From: Methanomicrobiales archaeon
Lineage (GTDB): Archaea > Halobacteriota > Methanomicrobia > Methanomicrobiales > JACTUA01
Direction: 5' to 3'
Length of the DNA: 64,000 nt
NCBI GenBank assembly: GCA_029907705.1
Contig: JARYLJ010000002.1
Location: forward strand, 8,373-72,372
A program made the position numbers and the translations under genes. Positions 10,270 through 20,715 of this stretch are shown piece after piece. Below the pieces are notes generated by a model. It ran no database searches and was not told where the DNA came from. It saw only the letters and a list, made by a program, of their open reading frames with translations. Position 1 is the stretch's first letter, and the number at the start of each line of letters is the position of its first letter.

Positions 10270-10420
10270 CTCCTCTTCTCTCGAACACAAGTTCTTGCGA
10301 TGACTTCGAAAAAAATTCACCCGAGAATTCTGGAATCACGATCTCGCTGATGGATTGGCGACCGGGTGCAATGAGAAGATCGTAACCCGTCTGTGTTTGG
10401 CCATGACATTCTCTGAAGAT
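10270..10420 (+). repeat. intergenic repeat family, copy A (internally deleted)
   Basis: 10275-10346 aligns by eye with 63435-63504, about three quarters identical. The 'gattggc' and 'tctgaag' modules follow directly. The copy lies between convergent gene ends. Confidence 0.7.
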
Positions 10421-10458
10421 CCCTGCGGCGAAAAAAGGGCTCATTGGGCCCCTGCTCC

Positions 10459-10641
10459 CTAGCAGGACGCGCCCGGCTCGATCCTGATGCTGGTCGAGAG
10501 CTTGGCGTACTTCTCCGGCTTTTCCTCGAACTTCTTCTTGCAATGAGCGGTGCAGAAGTAGAACGTCTCTCCCCTGTACTCTGCCCTGTGCACTGCCTTC
10601 TCCTCGTCCACCTCCTGGTAACATACCGGATCCATGGCCAT
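10459..10641 (-). CDS. YHS/TRASH-domain metal-binding protein (60 aa)
   Basis: Start moved to ATG 10641. MAMDPVCYQEVDEEKAVHRAEYRGETFYFCTAHCKKKFEEKPEKY is the canonical YHS pattern. The upstream part of the track ORF looks non-coding. Confidence 0.75.
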   Translation of the reverse strand: MAMDPVCYQEVDEEKAVHRAEYRGETFYFCTAHCKKKFEEKPEKYAKLSTSIRIEPGASC

Positions 10642-10922
10642 GTAAATGCACCTCCTCTCGATGATCTCTCTGTTGAACCGTGGGTTTTTAAAACTTTCCT
10701 GCCACATCGTTCTGCCGGCACAGGGGAAGGCTCTGGCACGGGCTGAAAAAAGGCCCTGTGGCATTTCTCTGTCAGCGAGAATGTGCACGGCACCTTCGGG
10801 GAGGTGAACGGTATTCCGCATCTGCGCGAAAGGCGGTGTCATGTTCGCACCATTCATATACCCGAATGCGTGGCCCTGCGCACGTAATCGGTCTGCTCCC
10901 TTGCGCCTCCCGGCGCGCCTCC

Positions 10923-12092
10923 TCACTTTGCCGTGCTCACGATCTTGATGATATCCCCTGTTCTGAGCTGGTATGTGTCCTTCACCCTCATTCTGGTTCT
11001 CGCGTCCACTGCATACAGGAACCCCTCTCCGATGTCCGAATGCACGCGATATGCCAGATCCCTCGGTGTGGAGCCCCTCCTCATCAGGAATGCATCCGGC
11101 AGCACCTTTCCGTTTCTGTCCGAGAACTTGTGTTCGTCCTCGACCGGATAGACGATCACCTGATCCAACAGATCGAGGACGGCGCGGTTGATCGCCGGCT
11201 GCACCCCTGTGCCGCCGTGCTCCTTCATCAGTGCAGAGATGCGTCCCAGTCCCGCCTTCTGTGCATCGTTCAGCGCATCTGGCTTCAGAATGTAGAAATC
11301 CGTATCACCGGGGAGGTATCGGATCAATCCGGCGGCGGCAGCGTTTCTCAGTGCGAGTTCGGCCGCCGCACTTGCCCCAATCGCTCCCTGCTGGAGAAGG
11401 CGGAGCACGAGATCTTTCGGGGCGGCATCGATCTTGTTCGCCACGACAAGCATGGGCTTCGAGAGATCCAGGAGACGGCCGGCGAAGGAGACCAGTGCAT
11501 CTCCCGAAAGCCTGTGCAGAGGCGCCTCGACCGCCCGTTCCGCCTCCTTCACATGCTCGACTCTGATGCCGAGTCCCGCGAGCGCGTCCGCCAGCCCCCT
11601 GCTCATGGAGAATCCGCTCGACTGCGCCTGCCTCTGGAGCTTCGACCAGTGCTTCTCCAGGATGCCGTGCAGCCACATTGTCATCTCCCTCCTCAGGAAA
11701 ACGATATCCCCGGCTGGATCGTGGCTCCCGACGGGAACGGGATTCCCCTCCGCATCGGTACCTCCGCTCGCGTCCACCACATGGATGATCGCATCCGCCT
11801 CGCGGAGGTGATCGAGGAACTGGTTTCCCAGACCCCTCCCCCTGTGCGCATCGGGCACGAGCCCAGCGACATCGATCATCCCGATCTGGACGAATCTGAC
11901 GCCATCCTGACAGCTCCCGCATTTTATCCCCAGCTCCCTGCAGGGGCATTGGGTTCGGACATAGGCGATGCCATGATTCGCATCTATCGTGGTGAAGGGG
12001 TAGTTCGCGATCTCCGCATGGGCCATCGTGGATGCCTTGAAAAAGGTCGATTTGCCACAATTCGGTTTTCCTGCAATTCCAAGGGATATCAT
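10923..12092 (-). CDS. ychF: YchF/OLA1-type P-loop GTPase/ATPase
   Basis: 389 aa. GKPNCGKST Walker A, NYPFTTI G2, DVAGLV G3, C-terminal TGS-like domain. Confidence 0.85.
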   Translation of the reverse strand: MISLGIAGKPNCGKSTFFKASTMAHAEIANYPFTTIDANHGIAYVRTQCPCRELGIKCGSCQDGVRFVQIGMIDVAGLVPDAHRGRGLGNQFLDHLREADAIIHVVDASGGTDAEGNPVPVGSHDPAGDIVFLRREMTMWLHGILEKHWSKLQRQAQSSGFSMSRGLADALAGLGIRVEHVKEAERAVEAPLHRLSGDALVSFAGRLLDLSKPMLVVANKIDAAPKDLVLRLLQQGAIGASAAAELALRNAAAAGLIRYLPGDTDFYILKPDALNDAQKAGLGRISALMKEHGGTGVQPAINRAVLDLLDQVIVYPVEDEHKFSDRNGKVLPDAFLMRRGSTPRDLAYRVHSDIGEGFLYAVDARTRMRVKDTYQLRTGDIIKIVSTAK

Positions 12093-12133
12093 AGCAAGCC
12101 CTTTTATCTCTTTTCGGGGGGAATTGATTTACA

Positions 12134-12724
12134 ATGAGCTTCGTGAGGAAATATATCTACTATTTCGATCGCCCGGGCGAGGAGAACACGGAGGATACAA
12201 TCAGATTCGCACTCGAAAGGGCAGAGGAGCTCGGTATCGGAAAGATCGTCGTTGCAAGCACCTCCGGCGAGACCGCGATGAAATTCTCCGAAGCGATGAA
12301 GGGGAAGACGCTCTCCCTGATCGTCGTCACGCACGCATTCGGGTTCTCTCAACCGGGCGTCTGGGAGTTCGATCCCGTGATCGCGAGGGAGCTCGAGGAG
12401 AGAGGGGTGAAGATCGTCACCGGGACCCATGCCCTCTCCGGACTCGAGCGTGCCCTCTCACGTTCGGGCAGAGTGGGCGGAGGTTCGAGGACGGAGGCAA
12501 TTGCAGAAGCGTTCAGGCGCACCATCGCGGTCGGCCTGAAGGTGGCGGTGGAATGCGTGCTGATCGCCGCCGATCAGGGCGCCATCCTTCCGAGCGAAGA
12601 GGTGATCGCTGTCGGAGGCACCGTGTCGGGCGCTGATACGGTGTGCGTGATCAAACCCTCCCACACGGCAGCCTTCTTCGACCTTCAGGTGAGAGAGATC
12701 GTCGCCATGCCGAGGGTCAGGTAA
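12134..12724 (+). CDS. pyruvate kinase C-terminal (alpha/beta) domain-like protein
   Basis: 196 aa. IVVASTSGETA and the overall pattern recall stand-alone PK_C-like proteins of methanogens. Confidence 0.65.
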   Translation: MSFVRKYIYYFDRPGEENTEDTIRFALERAEELGIGKIVVASTSGETAMKFSEAMKGKTLSLIVVTHAFGFSQPGVWEFDPVIARELEERGVKIVTGTHALSGLERALSRSGRVGGGSRTEAIAEAFRRTIAVGLKVAVECVLIAADQGAILPSEEVIAVGGTVSGADTVCVIKPSHTAAFFDLQVREIVAMPRVR

Positions 12725-12727
12725 ACC

Positions 12728-13555
12728 ATGCCGGTCGATTCGCTGAAAGATGCATTGCACCTGATGAGGAGCAGCCCCGCACTCTGGCTCCTCGGTGTGG
12801 TCTTCGGTGCGCTGGGAACTTTGAACCTTCTTCTGCAGCTCGGTGGCGAAAGCCAGATGGAGAGGTTCACCGTACTCCAGCTCCTCGTAATCCCGTTCTT
12901 TATCGCGGGTGGCCTGTATGCGGTTCACAGGACTCCGGGGTCGATCTCCGGATTTCTGGAAGGGGGGCGGAAGTACTACACGAGGATCCTTCTCGCTACC
13001 CTCGTGATCGTCTTCGCCGCAATACTCACGATACTCCTCCTCACAGCGACCATGGCCATCCTCGGTATGGGGGCGGACACAGGAATGCTCTTCATGATCC
13101 CGATGGGAGTGGCGGTGCCCGTGCTCTGCTTTACGTATTTCTACGATACCGCCATCGTCGTCGAGGAACGCCGGATTCTCGACTCGATCCGGCGCAGTGT
13201 GGAGTTCGTCTTCCTGAAACCGATACGCACGCTGGCGTTCTTTATCCTGAACATGGCGATTCTGCTGATTTTCGCCCTCCTTTCGTCGTTCTTCTGGGCG
13301 ATACTACTGGCAGAGCGGCTGGAGCCGCTCATCTCCATCAACGAGACCGCGCTTCAACCCATCCCGATGAATGACCTTCTGAAGAGCCTGGGCATCTGGG
13401 AGATAGGGGGGATCGCATTCGTCTGGTTCGCCGCCCTCACGTTCGGGGTCACCTTCCTCTATGCCTACAAGTTCTCCTTTTTCAGAAGGTACTCCAAAGA
13501 AGAGGCGCCTGCATACGGCGAGTACGACGAAAAGGGTAGATGGTACAGGTATTGA
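12728..13555 (+). CDS. hypothetical polytopic membrane protein
   Basis: 275 aa with about 6 hydrophobic segments. Starts 4 nt after the previous stop. No family recognised. Confidence 0.6.
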   Translation: MPVDSLKDALHLMRSSPALWLLGVVFGALGTLNLLLQLGGESQMERFTVLQLLVIPFFIAGGLYAVHRTPGSISGFLEGGRKYYTRILLATLVIVFAAILTILLLTATMAILGMGADTGMLFMIPMGVAVPVLCFTYFYDTAIVVEERRILDSIRRSVEFVFLKPIRTLAFFILNMAILLIFALLSSFFWAILLAERLEPLISINETALQPIPMNDLLKSLGIWEIGGIAFVWFAALTFGVTFLYAYKFSFFRRYSKEEAPAYGEYDEKGRWYRY

Positions 13556-13574
13556 AAGGGGTCATGTGGCCGTC

Positions 13575-13800
13575 CTCGAATGCGGGGATTCATGGCCTCG
13601 AAGGCCTGAAGTTGACGGCCATTTGATCTCTCCCCCTTCCGTGCGCGATTCTCCCGTTCCGGTGAATGCGATGATATTCAGAGAAACAGGGTGGGGCAGG
13701 ATGAAATTTTCGGAGTTCGTTACTTCCAGCTCGCACCCACGGAGTTGATTGGCATGGGCAAAGCTGCCAGAGTCATTCGTAGAAATTCCAGGGGTCATTC
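13575..13800. repeat. diverged repeat modules (E-type), homologous to 28085-28260
   Basis: Shares anchors with 28.1 kb at near-equal spacing: 'ggcctg', 'acggccatt', 'attcagaga..cagg'. 'cgtgcgcgattctc' matches the reverse complement of the family core 'gagaatcgcacg'. Confidence 0.5.
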
Positions 13801-13949
13801 GGGATTGTATGAACCTCCATCCCGCGTATGACAGGGGTGAGAGCCCTGGTGGTTCCGCCCCGGATGACCACTGATACCTTCGTCCAGTTCGATTCCATTG
13901 ATTCATTCAACAACCCTGAGAAGGGCCTGTTGAACTCCAGCTTCGGATA

Positions 13950-15149
13950 TCACACAATGAAAAAGAGCATGGCGAATAGCCCTCCGAAGAGCGTCGCGAG
14001 GAGGTTCGTGCCTGCATTGCCGATCAGTCCCCGGTTCTCGATTGTGGCCCCGATCAGGCTGTCCACGTTCGTTCCCAGAAAACCTGAAATGCCGCATATC
14101 AGCATCATCGGTAAGGAAGAGACCTCCATGATGAGAGCGAGAGCGACGATGGCGAACGATGCGACCAGTCCGGCGATCTCACCGATTGCGGTAACCCCTC
14201 CGTTCGTGCCGATGGAGACACGCTCGCCCGTGGTGATCAGGAAGGGTGTGCTGCAGGTCATTCCAATCTCCCCCGCCACTGTGTCGGCCGCGGCCGTCGC
14301 CACTGCGCCGAGGTACATCGCTGTAAACATGGGGTGGCGCGTGAGACCGAAGAGTATCGCCGCAGATACGCCAACCAGTCCGTTCGCAAAGACATTGAAG
14401 TAGCCCCTGACTCCTCCATGGGCCTGAGCAGAGCCGGATGCAGCCTTTTCCCTGTACTTGTACTTCGTCGCCACCGATCCCATGACGAAGAACAGGAGCA
14501 TGATGAAGAACCATCGCACATCGGCGAAGACCACCAGAATGACACCGAGCAGGGCTCCCGAGAAGAGTCCGCTCATATCCGCGGCACCGAGCTTCTTTGC
14601 GATGATCCCGAACGCGAGCGCCATGATCACCGCGAGCAGCAGCAGATCCAGCTCCACCTGGTAATGCAGCTGGTCGAAGAAGTACATGGTCATCGCGACG
14701 CCCAGTCCCTCGATGAGCAGGAGATCGGTCCGCTTCATCAGGGCGGATTTTAACATCACGGCCACGATGATCCCGAGCAGCGCGATGAGAGGGACGATAT
14801 GCCCCAGATAGAGCATGACGACGAACGAGGAGACGATACCGGCGAGGGTATATGCGACATAGCCGTAACTGCTCTCTCCGATGGTCCTGAATGCAAGTTC
14901 GCCGGTCACCATGATGGCGACCGTGGAGAGGAATATGAAGAGAGGCAGCCAACCGGTCCCGTAGAGGGCAGCGATGATGATCAGCGAGATGGAGGCATAA
15001 TGGGTCTCGGGAATGAGGAAGAGGATACAGGAGAAGAGGATGACAACGAGCGAGAGGACCCAGCCCGGCGTGATGTGCGGGGCGACGAGGATGAAGAGGA
15101 TGGCAAGCATCCACGCACCCCACAGGGCGGGCTGTCTGAGCATCAGCAT
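13950..15149 (-). CDS. DUF92/TMEM19-family integral membrane protein
   Basis: 399 aa, very hydrophobic. The C-terminal half (GGVRGYFNVFANG...GERVSIGTNGGVT) resembles the DUF92 (TIGR00297) family. Confidence 0.7.
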   Translation of the reverse strand: MLMLRQPALWGAWMLAILFILVAPHITPGWVLSLVVILFSCILFLIPETHYASISLIIIAALYGTGWLPLFIFLSTVAIMVTGELAFRTIGESSYGYVAYTLAGIVSSFVVMLYLGHIVPLIALLGIIVAVMLKSALMKRTDLLLIEGLGVAMTMYFFDQLHYQVELDLLLLAVIMALAFGIIAKKLGAADMSGLFSGALLGVILVVFADVRWFFIMLLFFVMGSVATKYKYREKAASGSAQAHGGVRGYFNVFANGLVGVSAAILFGLTRHPMFTAMYLGAVATAAADTVAGEIGMTCSTPFLITTGERVSIGTNGGVTAIGEIAGLVASFAIVALALIMEVSSLPMMLICGISGFLGTNVDSLIGATIENRGLIGNAGTNLLATLFGGLFAMLFFIV

Positions 15150-15279
15150 TTACTCTCCTCTCCATCAGAAAACATTTTTCATCCATCGATCAACTTCCAG
15201 GAGGCCGGATAACCGAATCCGATGGCGCATTCAGGAAAGGAGATGAGGGCGGCGGCAGATAATACAAACAATATATCAT

Positions 15280-17898
15280 ATGAAAGAACAAAAAGCTAAA
15301 AAAATGGAGCGATCGCAGGATCTTCCCAAAGTGTACAATTTCAGAGAGGTCGAGGAGAGGTGGCAGAGCAGATGGCCGCCGGAAATATATTATTTTGAGA
15401 GGAACTCGGAGAAACCGAGGTATATCATCGACACCCCGCCGCCTTATCCCACCGGAAATTTCCATATCGGCAATGCACTGAACTGGTGCTACATCGACTT
15501 TATCGCACGTTTCAAGCGGATGCGTGGTTTCAACGTGATGTTTCCGCAGGGGTGGGACTGCCATGGCCTGCCCACCGAGGTGAAGGTGGAGGAGAAGCAC
15601 GGGATTACAAAGAACGACGTGAGCCGCGAGGAATTTCGCAGACTGTGCAGGGAACTCACCCGGGAGAACATCAGCCTGATGCGCAAGACCATGATCAGGC
15701 TGGGATTCTCGATCGACTGGAGCAACGAGTACATCACGATGCTCCCTGAATACTTCAGAAAGACGCAGATCTCCTTCCTGCAGATGCTCCGGAAGGGGTA
15801 CATCTATCAGGCGGAGCATCCGGTCAATTTCTGCACACGCTGTGAAACGGCGATTGCATTCGCGGAGGTCTCGTATGCAAACCGGAGGACCATGTTGAGC
15901 TACCTCGACTTCGATGGCGTCGAGATCGCCACGACCAGACCGGAGCTCCTCTCGGCCTGCGCGGCGGTGGCGGTTCATCCGGATGACGAGAGATATCGTG
16001 GATTGAAGGGGAAGCGACTCAAAGTGCCCCTCTTCGGGCACGAAGTTCCTGTGATCGCGGACGAGAGCGTCGATCCATCGTTCGGTACAGGGGCGGTGAT
16101 GATCTGCACGTTCGGGGATCGGCAGGATGTGCTCTGGTGGAAGAAGTACGACCTGGAACTCAGGAAGGCGATCGACCGCAGGGGGATGATGGCGAAGGTC
16201 GCAGGCAGATACGAGGGTATGGATATCGAATCCTGCAGAAGGGCGGTTCTTCAGGATTTGAAGGAGAAGGGCGCCCTGAAGCGTCAGGAGGAGATCGACC
16301 AGCGTGTAGGTACCTGCTGGAGGTGCAAAAAGCCCATCGAGATACTCTCCGAGAGGCAGTGGTTCATCAGGGTCAGGCCACAGGAGATACTGGATGCCGC
16401 AGAGAAGATCCAGTGGTATCCCGAGCACATGCATACGAGGCTGGTGAACTGGGTCTCGCAGATGGAATGGGACTGGTGCATATCCAGGCAGAGGATCTTC
16501 GCCACCCCGATACCCGTATGGTTCTGCACCGGATGCGGCGAGATGATCCTTCCGTCCGAGGAGGAACTGCCTGTGGATCCGACGAAGGATCTCCCGAAGA
16601 AGGCCTGTGCGAGATGCGGGGGCAGTTCCTTCGCGGGCGAAGAGGACGTGCTCGATACATGGATGGACTCGTCGATCTCGGTGCTGAACGTCACCGGATG
16701 GGACGGCCGCGGAAGACCAGGGCTCTTTCCTGCGCAGCTCAGGCCGCAGGGGCACGATATCATCAGGACATGGGCCTTCTACACGATCCTGCGATCGGTC
16801 GCCCTCGTGGGGGAGAAGCCGTGGGACTCGATCGTGATCAATGGCATGGTCCTGGGCGAGGACGGATTCAAGATGAGCAAGAGCCGCGGCAACATCATCG
16901 ACACCGACGAGATCGTCGGTAAATACGGTGCTGACACGTTCAGGCAATGGGCGGCGGCCAGTGCGGCCACCGGGTCTGACATCATGTTCAGCTGGAACGA
17001 TGTCATCTCCGCCTCGAGATTCCAGACGAAACTCTGGAACATCGTCAGATTTACACTGGGTGTGCTGGTGGACCCTGATCGGGAGGGTATCGATGCCGTG
17101 AAGGAACTCGCCGATCGCTGGCTCCTCGCCTGCCTGCACGAGACCCTCGTGGAGGTAACGGATGCGATGGAGCACTATCAGTTCGATCGTGCCCTGAAGG
17201 CAATAAGGGAGTTCACATGGTCCACGCTGGCCGACCGTTATATCGAACTCGTGAAGGGGAGGCTATACATGGAGGGCGAAGAGAGCGAGAGTGCGAGGGC
17301 GGCCATCAGGTGCGCACTGGACACGCTGCTCCGCATGCTCGCACCCTTCGCACCGTACATGAGCGAGGAGTGCTACCAGCTGATCCAGGGTGCGAGCGTG
17401 CACGGGCAGGAGTGGCCATCCCTGGGGGTGGTGGAGGTGCAGGCAAAGGAGGATGGCGAGCTGCTCAACACCATCGTCTCGGAGCTGAGGCGCGTGAAGC
17501 ACGAACGTGGGCTTGCGCTCAACGCGCCGTTCGGCAAGATCGAGATCTTCTCCCGAAGAAGGATCAGCGATGCGGGTGATGCAGGGAGAGCGCTGAACGC
17601 AGAGGTGAGGTGGCGGACCGATCGACCTGAACTGAAGAAAGAGGTGAAGGAAGTCATTTTCAACATGTCGGTGATCGGCCCTGCCCTGAAAGGACGCGCC
17701 AAGGCATTCATGGAGCATGTGAGGGGGATGCCCGCCGAGGCGCTCCTCGATCCGCCGCCTCGGATCAGGATCGGGGGGGATGAAGTCTCTGTACCCAGAG
17801 ATGCCTTCACCCTGAATTATGCATATGTGGTGGAGGGAGAGAGAGTGGATCTGCTCACGATCGGTGACGTGATCGTGACGATCCAGCAAACTCCCTGA
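15280..17898 (+). CDS. valS: valine--tRNA ligase
   Basis: 872 aa. Class I motifs [12 protein letters not shown] (HIGH-like) and KMSKS. The length and editing-domain region fit archaeal ValRS. The start could instead be ATG 15304. Confidence 0.88.
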   Translation: MKEQKAKKMERSQDLPKVYNFREVEERWQSRWPPEIYYFERNSEKPRYIIDTPPPYPTGNFHIGNALNWCYIDFIARFKRMRGFNVMFPQGWDCHGLPTEVKVEEKHGITKNDVSREEFRRLCRELTRENISLMRKTMIRLGFSIDWSNEYITMLPEYFRKTQISFLQMLRKGYIYQAEHPVNFCTRCETAIAFAEVSYANRRTMLSYLDFDGVEIATTRPELLSACAAVAVHPDDERYRGLKGKRLKVPLFGHEVPVIADESVDPSFGTGAVMICTFGDRQDVLWWKKYDLELRKAIDRRGMMAKVAGRYEGMDIESCRRAVLQDLKEKGALKRQEEIDQRVGTCWRCKKPIEILSERQWFIRVRPQEILDAAEKIQWYPEHMHTRLVNWVSQMEWDWCISRQRIFATPIPVWFCTGCGEMILPSEEELPVDPTKDLPKKACARCGGSSFAGEEDVLDTWMDSSISVLNVTGWDGRGRPGLFPAQLRPQGHDIIRTWAFYTILRSVALVGEKPWDSIVINGMVLGEDGFKMSKSRGNIIDTDEIVGKYGADTFRQWAAASAATGSDIMFSWNDVISASRFQTKLWNIVRFTLGVLVDPDREGIDAVKELADRWLLACLHETLVEVTDAMEHYQFDRALKAIREFTWSTLADRYIELVKGRLYMEGEESESARAAIRCALDTLLRMLAPFAPYMSEECYQLIQGASVHGQEWPSLGVVEVQAKEDGELLNTIVSELRRVKHERGLALNAPFGKIEIFSRRRISDAGDAGRALNAEVRWRTDRPELKKEVKEVIFNMSVIGPALKGRAKAFMEHVRGMPAEALLDPPPRIRIGGDEVSVPRDAFTLNYAYVVEGERVDLLTIGDVIVTIQQTP

Positions 17899-18475
17899 TC
17901 TCCCCCTCCACGAATGCCGCCAGTTCCACCTGGTCCATCAGCGCGTCTATCAGGATAAAACGGGAAGGATTCTCGCGCACGAGCCGGAGGTAGTTCTGCT
18001 GGACGGATTCGAGCACCCTTTCATCCTCGAAGTGCTCCCTCTCGGGGTGTGTTCTCAACCTCTCCATCGCGGTCTTGACCGGAAGCAGAAGAAGGAAAGT
18101 GAGATCCGGATAGATCGTCCAGCCGTCGTGCAGACGGCGGAGCCAGCCCCACGGGTCTTCGATGACACCTTCCAGGGTGACGGACTGGTATGCGAAACGG
18201 CTGTCGATGTATCGGTCCGAGATGACGATCAGACCGCTCTGGAGGGAGGGTTTCACCACCTTCGCGAGGTGTGCCGCATGGTCTGCGGTGAAGAGCAGCG
18301 CCTCTGTAATCGGATCGATCCCCTCGCTCACCGCCCGCCTCACCTGCTCTCCCACCCAGGTGGCTCCGGGTTCACGGGTGAAGACCGGCTTCAGGTCTGC
18401 CAGCCCCTCCCTGAGTCGGGCGATGAGTGTGCTCTTCCCTGATCCGTCGATCCCCTCCAACGTAATCAGTACCAT
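17855..18475 (-). CDS. tmk: dTMP (thymidylate) kinase
   Basis: Start moved to ATG 18475 ([17 protein letters not shown]-loop). The 3' end overlaps valS convergently by 44 nt. Confidence 0.85.
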   Translation of the reverse strand: MVLITLEGIDGSGKSTLIARLREGLADLKPVFTREPGATWVGEQVRRAVSEGIDPITEALLFTADHAAHLAKVVKPSLQSGLIVISDRYIDSRFAYQSVTLEGVIEDPWGWLRRLHDGWTIYPDLTFLLLLPVKTAMERLRTHPEREHFEDERVLESVQQNYLRLVRENPSRFILIDALMDQVELAAFVEGEIREFAGSSRSRHRS

Positions 18476-19137
18476 GTACCGCTCCTCACGCACTCCAGAT
18501 CGACATCTCTCCTGTGGATGGCGGTGGAGAGGATTGCGCCATCGTAGCCGGCGGAGGCGAGGAGATCGAGGTCCCGTTCGTCTCCAATACCCCCTCCATA
18601 CAGCAGTCTTTTGGTGTATGCGGATCTCCATTCCATGAGCAAGGCGCCCGAAAGGCCCGCACCCGTCCCGACCGCGCTGATGTCGAGAATGATGCACCCT
18701 TCGATGGGGAGTTCAGATGCAATTTTCAGGATATCCGCAGGATCCTCGCCACCCGGTATGACGCGCCCCCCCTTCATGTCGATGCTGATATAGCCATCCG
18801 TCAGCTCGTGGAGGCGACATCCGATCGTCTCCGTTCCGAATACGTTGACGATCCGCTCGTGCTCGAGTCTCTCCCCGGGTCTCCGCGCTCCCATATCCAC
18901 ATAGCAACGCTCCACGAGGTCCACACACCCCATGATCGTATCGGAGTTCCCCGCACCCCCGCCGATGCGGTCGAGGTCGGCAATATAGAGGTATCTGGGA
19001 CGGAGCAGGCGCACATACTTTCGGGGTTCGGCGCTCGGCGAGAGCCCCCAGGTCAGGGGCCTGTATCCGCTCCGTTCTCCTCTGCTGCCGTGCACCACGA
19101 GACCGTTCATCAGATCCATCGCGAGGACGATATCCAT
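18466..19137 (-). CDS. HisA/HisF-family TIM-barrel protein
   Basis: 223 aa. AMDL..G.VVHG, YIADLD and C-terminal GGGI motifs of the HisA/HisF fold. Overlaps the tmk start by 10 nt. Confidence 0.7.
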   Translation of the reverse strand: MDIVLAMDLMNGLVVHGSRGERSGYRPLTWGLSPSAEPRKYVRLLRPRYLYIADLDRIGGGAGNSDTIMGCVDLVERCYVDMGARRPGERLEHERIVNVFGTETIGCRLHELTDGYISIDMKGGRVIPGGEDPADILKIASELPIEGCIILDISAVGTGAGLSGALLMEWRSAYTKRLLYGGGIGDERDLDLLASAGYDGAILSTAIHRRDVDLECVRSGTWY

Positions 19138-19182
19138 GTTATTGCCTCCGGTTCTGTCATCTCCTCCCGTATTTCACCGGGC

Positions 19183-19605
19183 TCATTCCAGCCTGATGCG
19201 GCGTCCGACGGACGAGAGGACCCTTTCCCCCTCTGAAAGGGTGGCGTTCAGCCGGTAGTCGCCTGGCGGAAGTCCTGCACATACGGAGCATTCGGGGAGC
19301 TCGTAACGGTATGCGAATGTCTGAGACCCTTCGTTCAGTGTCACTGACTCCTCGATCCGGCATCTGGGGATACCTCGCAGATCCACGATCCCCTCGATCT
19401 TCAGCACCAGATTCTCCATGCGGCGCGGGGAGAGGATCGTCACCCTGATCTCCATCTCTTCGCCTGACTGGTAGATCTCCCTGTCGGTCGAGAACCTCCC
19501 GATCGATACGTGACCCTCACTTCCGGCATCCATGAGGAGAAGAGCACCTGCGATGCCTGCCATCACGAGGAGCAACAGACCGGCCAGAATCACAGGATCC
19601 CTCAT
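19183..19605 (-). CDS. hypothetical N-terminally membrane-anchored protein (140 aa)
   Basis: Start moved to ATG 19605 (MRDPVILAGLLLLVMAGIAGALLL signal/anchor). The upstream part of the track ORF lacks a coding look. Confidence 0.5.
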   Translation of the reverse strand: MRDPVILAGLLLLVMAGIAGALLLMDAGSEGHVSIGRFSTDREIYQSGEEMEIRVTILSPRRMENLVLKIEGIVDLRGIPRCRIEESVTLNEGSQTFAYRYELPECSVCAGLPPGDYRLNATLSEGERVLSSVGRRIRLE

Positions 19606-20025
19606 ATATGTATCCTTCCGCACGAGGCCATGATGAACTCTTTGTATGTGAACCCGAGACCGGGAACCCTTCCCTGGGCTACATCGCTGAAATACGGATG
19701 CATCAGAAAAAACTTTTCCCGATCCCGATGCAGCACGGCATCCCCCGCTCGAGAGAGATGCAGACAGGCAGCAGGATCGAGACGGGGGTCGCACAGATGA
19801 GAGGCCTGCATAGCGTGATAGCGGATGATACATACCGGAGGCCTGCATCCGGATCGCCAGCCGGTTCGTCACCGGCATGGCAGATAGTTCCTTCACCGGT
19901 CTTCTCCCCTGCCATCTGCAGGATTTTGTGATTCGGATGAAATCATCCATGTTCCATGGGAAAAGCTAAAATTGGATGGTACAGGGTATCGCAATCACTA
20001 TTAGGTATGAATACCACCATATTCC

Positions 20026-20712
20026 ATGCAATTGCTGGTCAGTCCTCGCGATCTGGCTGAAGTGACGAGTGCTCTTTCTGCAGATATCGTGGACATCAAG
20101 AACCCTCTGGAGGGATCACTCGGTGCCAATTTTCCCTGGGTGATCCGTGCAGCAAGGGGGATGACGCAGAAACCACTGAGTGCGGCCATCGGCGATTATG
20201 ATTTCAAGCCGGGTGGGGCATCGCTCGCCGCATACGGTGCGGCCACGGCAGGAGCGGATTACATCAAGGCAGGCCTCAAATTCGAAGGTCGCGAAAAGGC
20301 TAGGGAGTTCATAAGGGCGGTCGTCCGGGGGGTCAGGGAGGAGTATGACGACAGGAAGGTGGTCATCGCTGCCTATTCCGATTTCGGGAGGCTGGGCAGC
20401 ATCTCCCCCATGGAGATACCGGCAATCGCACACGAGGAAGGGGCGGACGTGGTGATGATCGATACGGGTATGAAGGACGGGAGGAGCACCTTCGATTTCA
20501 TGGACGAAGCAACTCTGCGCAGTTTCGTGGATGAGAGCAGGGAACTGGGCCTGCAGACGGCCATCGCCGGCTCCCTCGCCTTCAGGCACCTGGATACCCT
20601 GAGGAGGATCGGCCCGGATATCGTGGGGGTGAGAGGCATGGTCTGCGAAGGTGGCAGGGAGGGATCGATCCGGCCAGAACTGGTGGAGAAGGCACTGAGG
20701 CTGGTCAGGTGA
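20026..20712 (+). CDS. mfnB: (5-formylfuran-3-yl)methyl phosphate synthase (methanofuran biosynthesis)
   Basis: 228 aa. MQLLVSPRDL..DIVDIKNP..GSLGA matches the MfnB/DUF556 family. Confidence 0.8.
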   Translation: MQLLVSPRDLAEVTSALSADIVDIKNPLEGSLGANFPWVIRAARGMTQKPLSAAIGDYDFKPGGASLAAYGAATAGADYIKAGLKFEGREKAREFIRAVVRGVREEYDDRKVVIAAYSDFGRLGSISPMEIPAIAHEEGADVVMIDTGMKDGRSTFDFMDEATLRSFVDESRELGLQTAIAGSLAFRHLDTLRRIGPDIVGVRGMVCEGGREGSIRPELVEKALRLVR

Positions 20713-20715
20713 CGC

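Noticed and set aside
10144-10350. Small conserved peptide encoded by repeat module 1 (..TSKKIHPRILESRSR versus ..TSKKVHPRIGDSRSRP at 63331-63558)
   Set aside because: Copies A and C differ by several synonymous-looking changes in this frame, which was tempting. However, copy B has a 1-nt indel in the A-run that destroys the frame. The two ORFs have unrelated N-termini and different stops, and there is no start context. A nucleotide-level element is more likely.
10758-12137. 459-aa plus-strand ORF antisense to ychF
   Set aside because: The minus-strand product has complete GTPase motifs. The plus-strand product has none and is R/H/C-rich.
13562-13906. Possible SRP (7S) RNA or RNase P RNA in the 394-nt spacer
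   Set aside because: I looked on both strands for the helix-8 GGAA/AGCA-type motif of SRP RNA and for GAGGAAAGUCC / ACAGAA..CCGGCUUA of RNase P RNA. I found neither. The spacer instead aligns with other spacers as repeat modules.
15190-17175. 661-aa minus-strand ORF antisense to valS
   Set aside because: Same reasoning. valS on the plus strand carries the class I synthetase motifs, and the antisense product is low-complexity R/P/H/L-rich.
17855-17898. Convergent 44-nt overlap of valS and tmk 3' ends as a regulatory antisense feature
   Set aside because: Short convergent overlaps are common in this compact genome (also trm1/DRG at 11 nt, and DUF116/bactofilin at 36 nt). Nothing specific is seen here.
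19606-20025. Possible gene in the 420-nt spacer upstream of mfnB (for example the 69-aa ORF 19602-19811)
   Set aside because: There are several overlapping short ORFs in different frames with no family resemblance. This cannot be supported from sequence alone.
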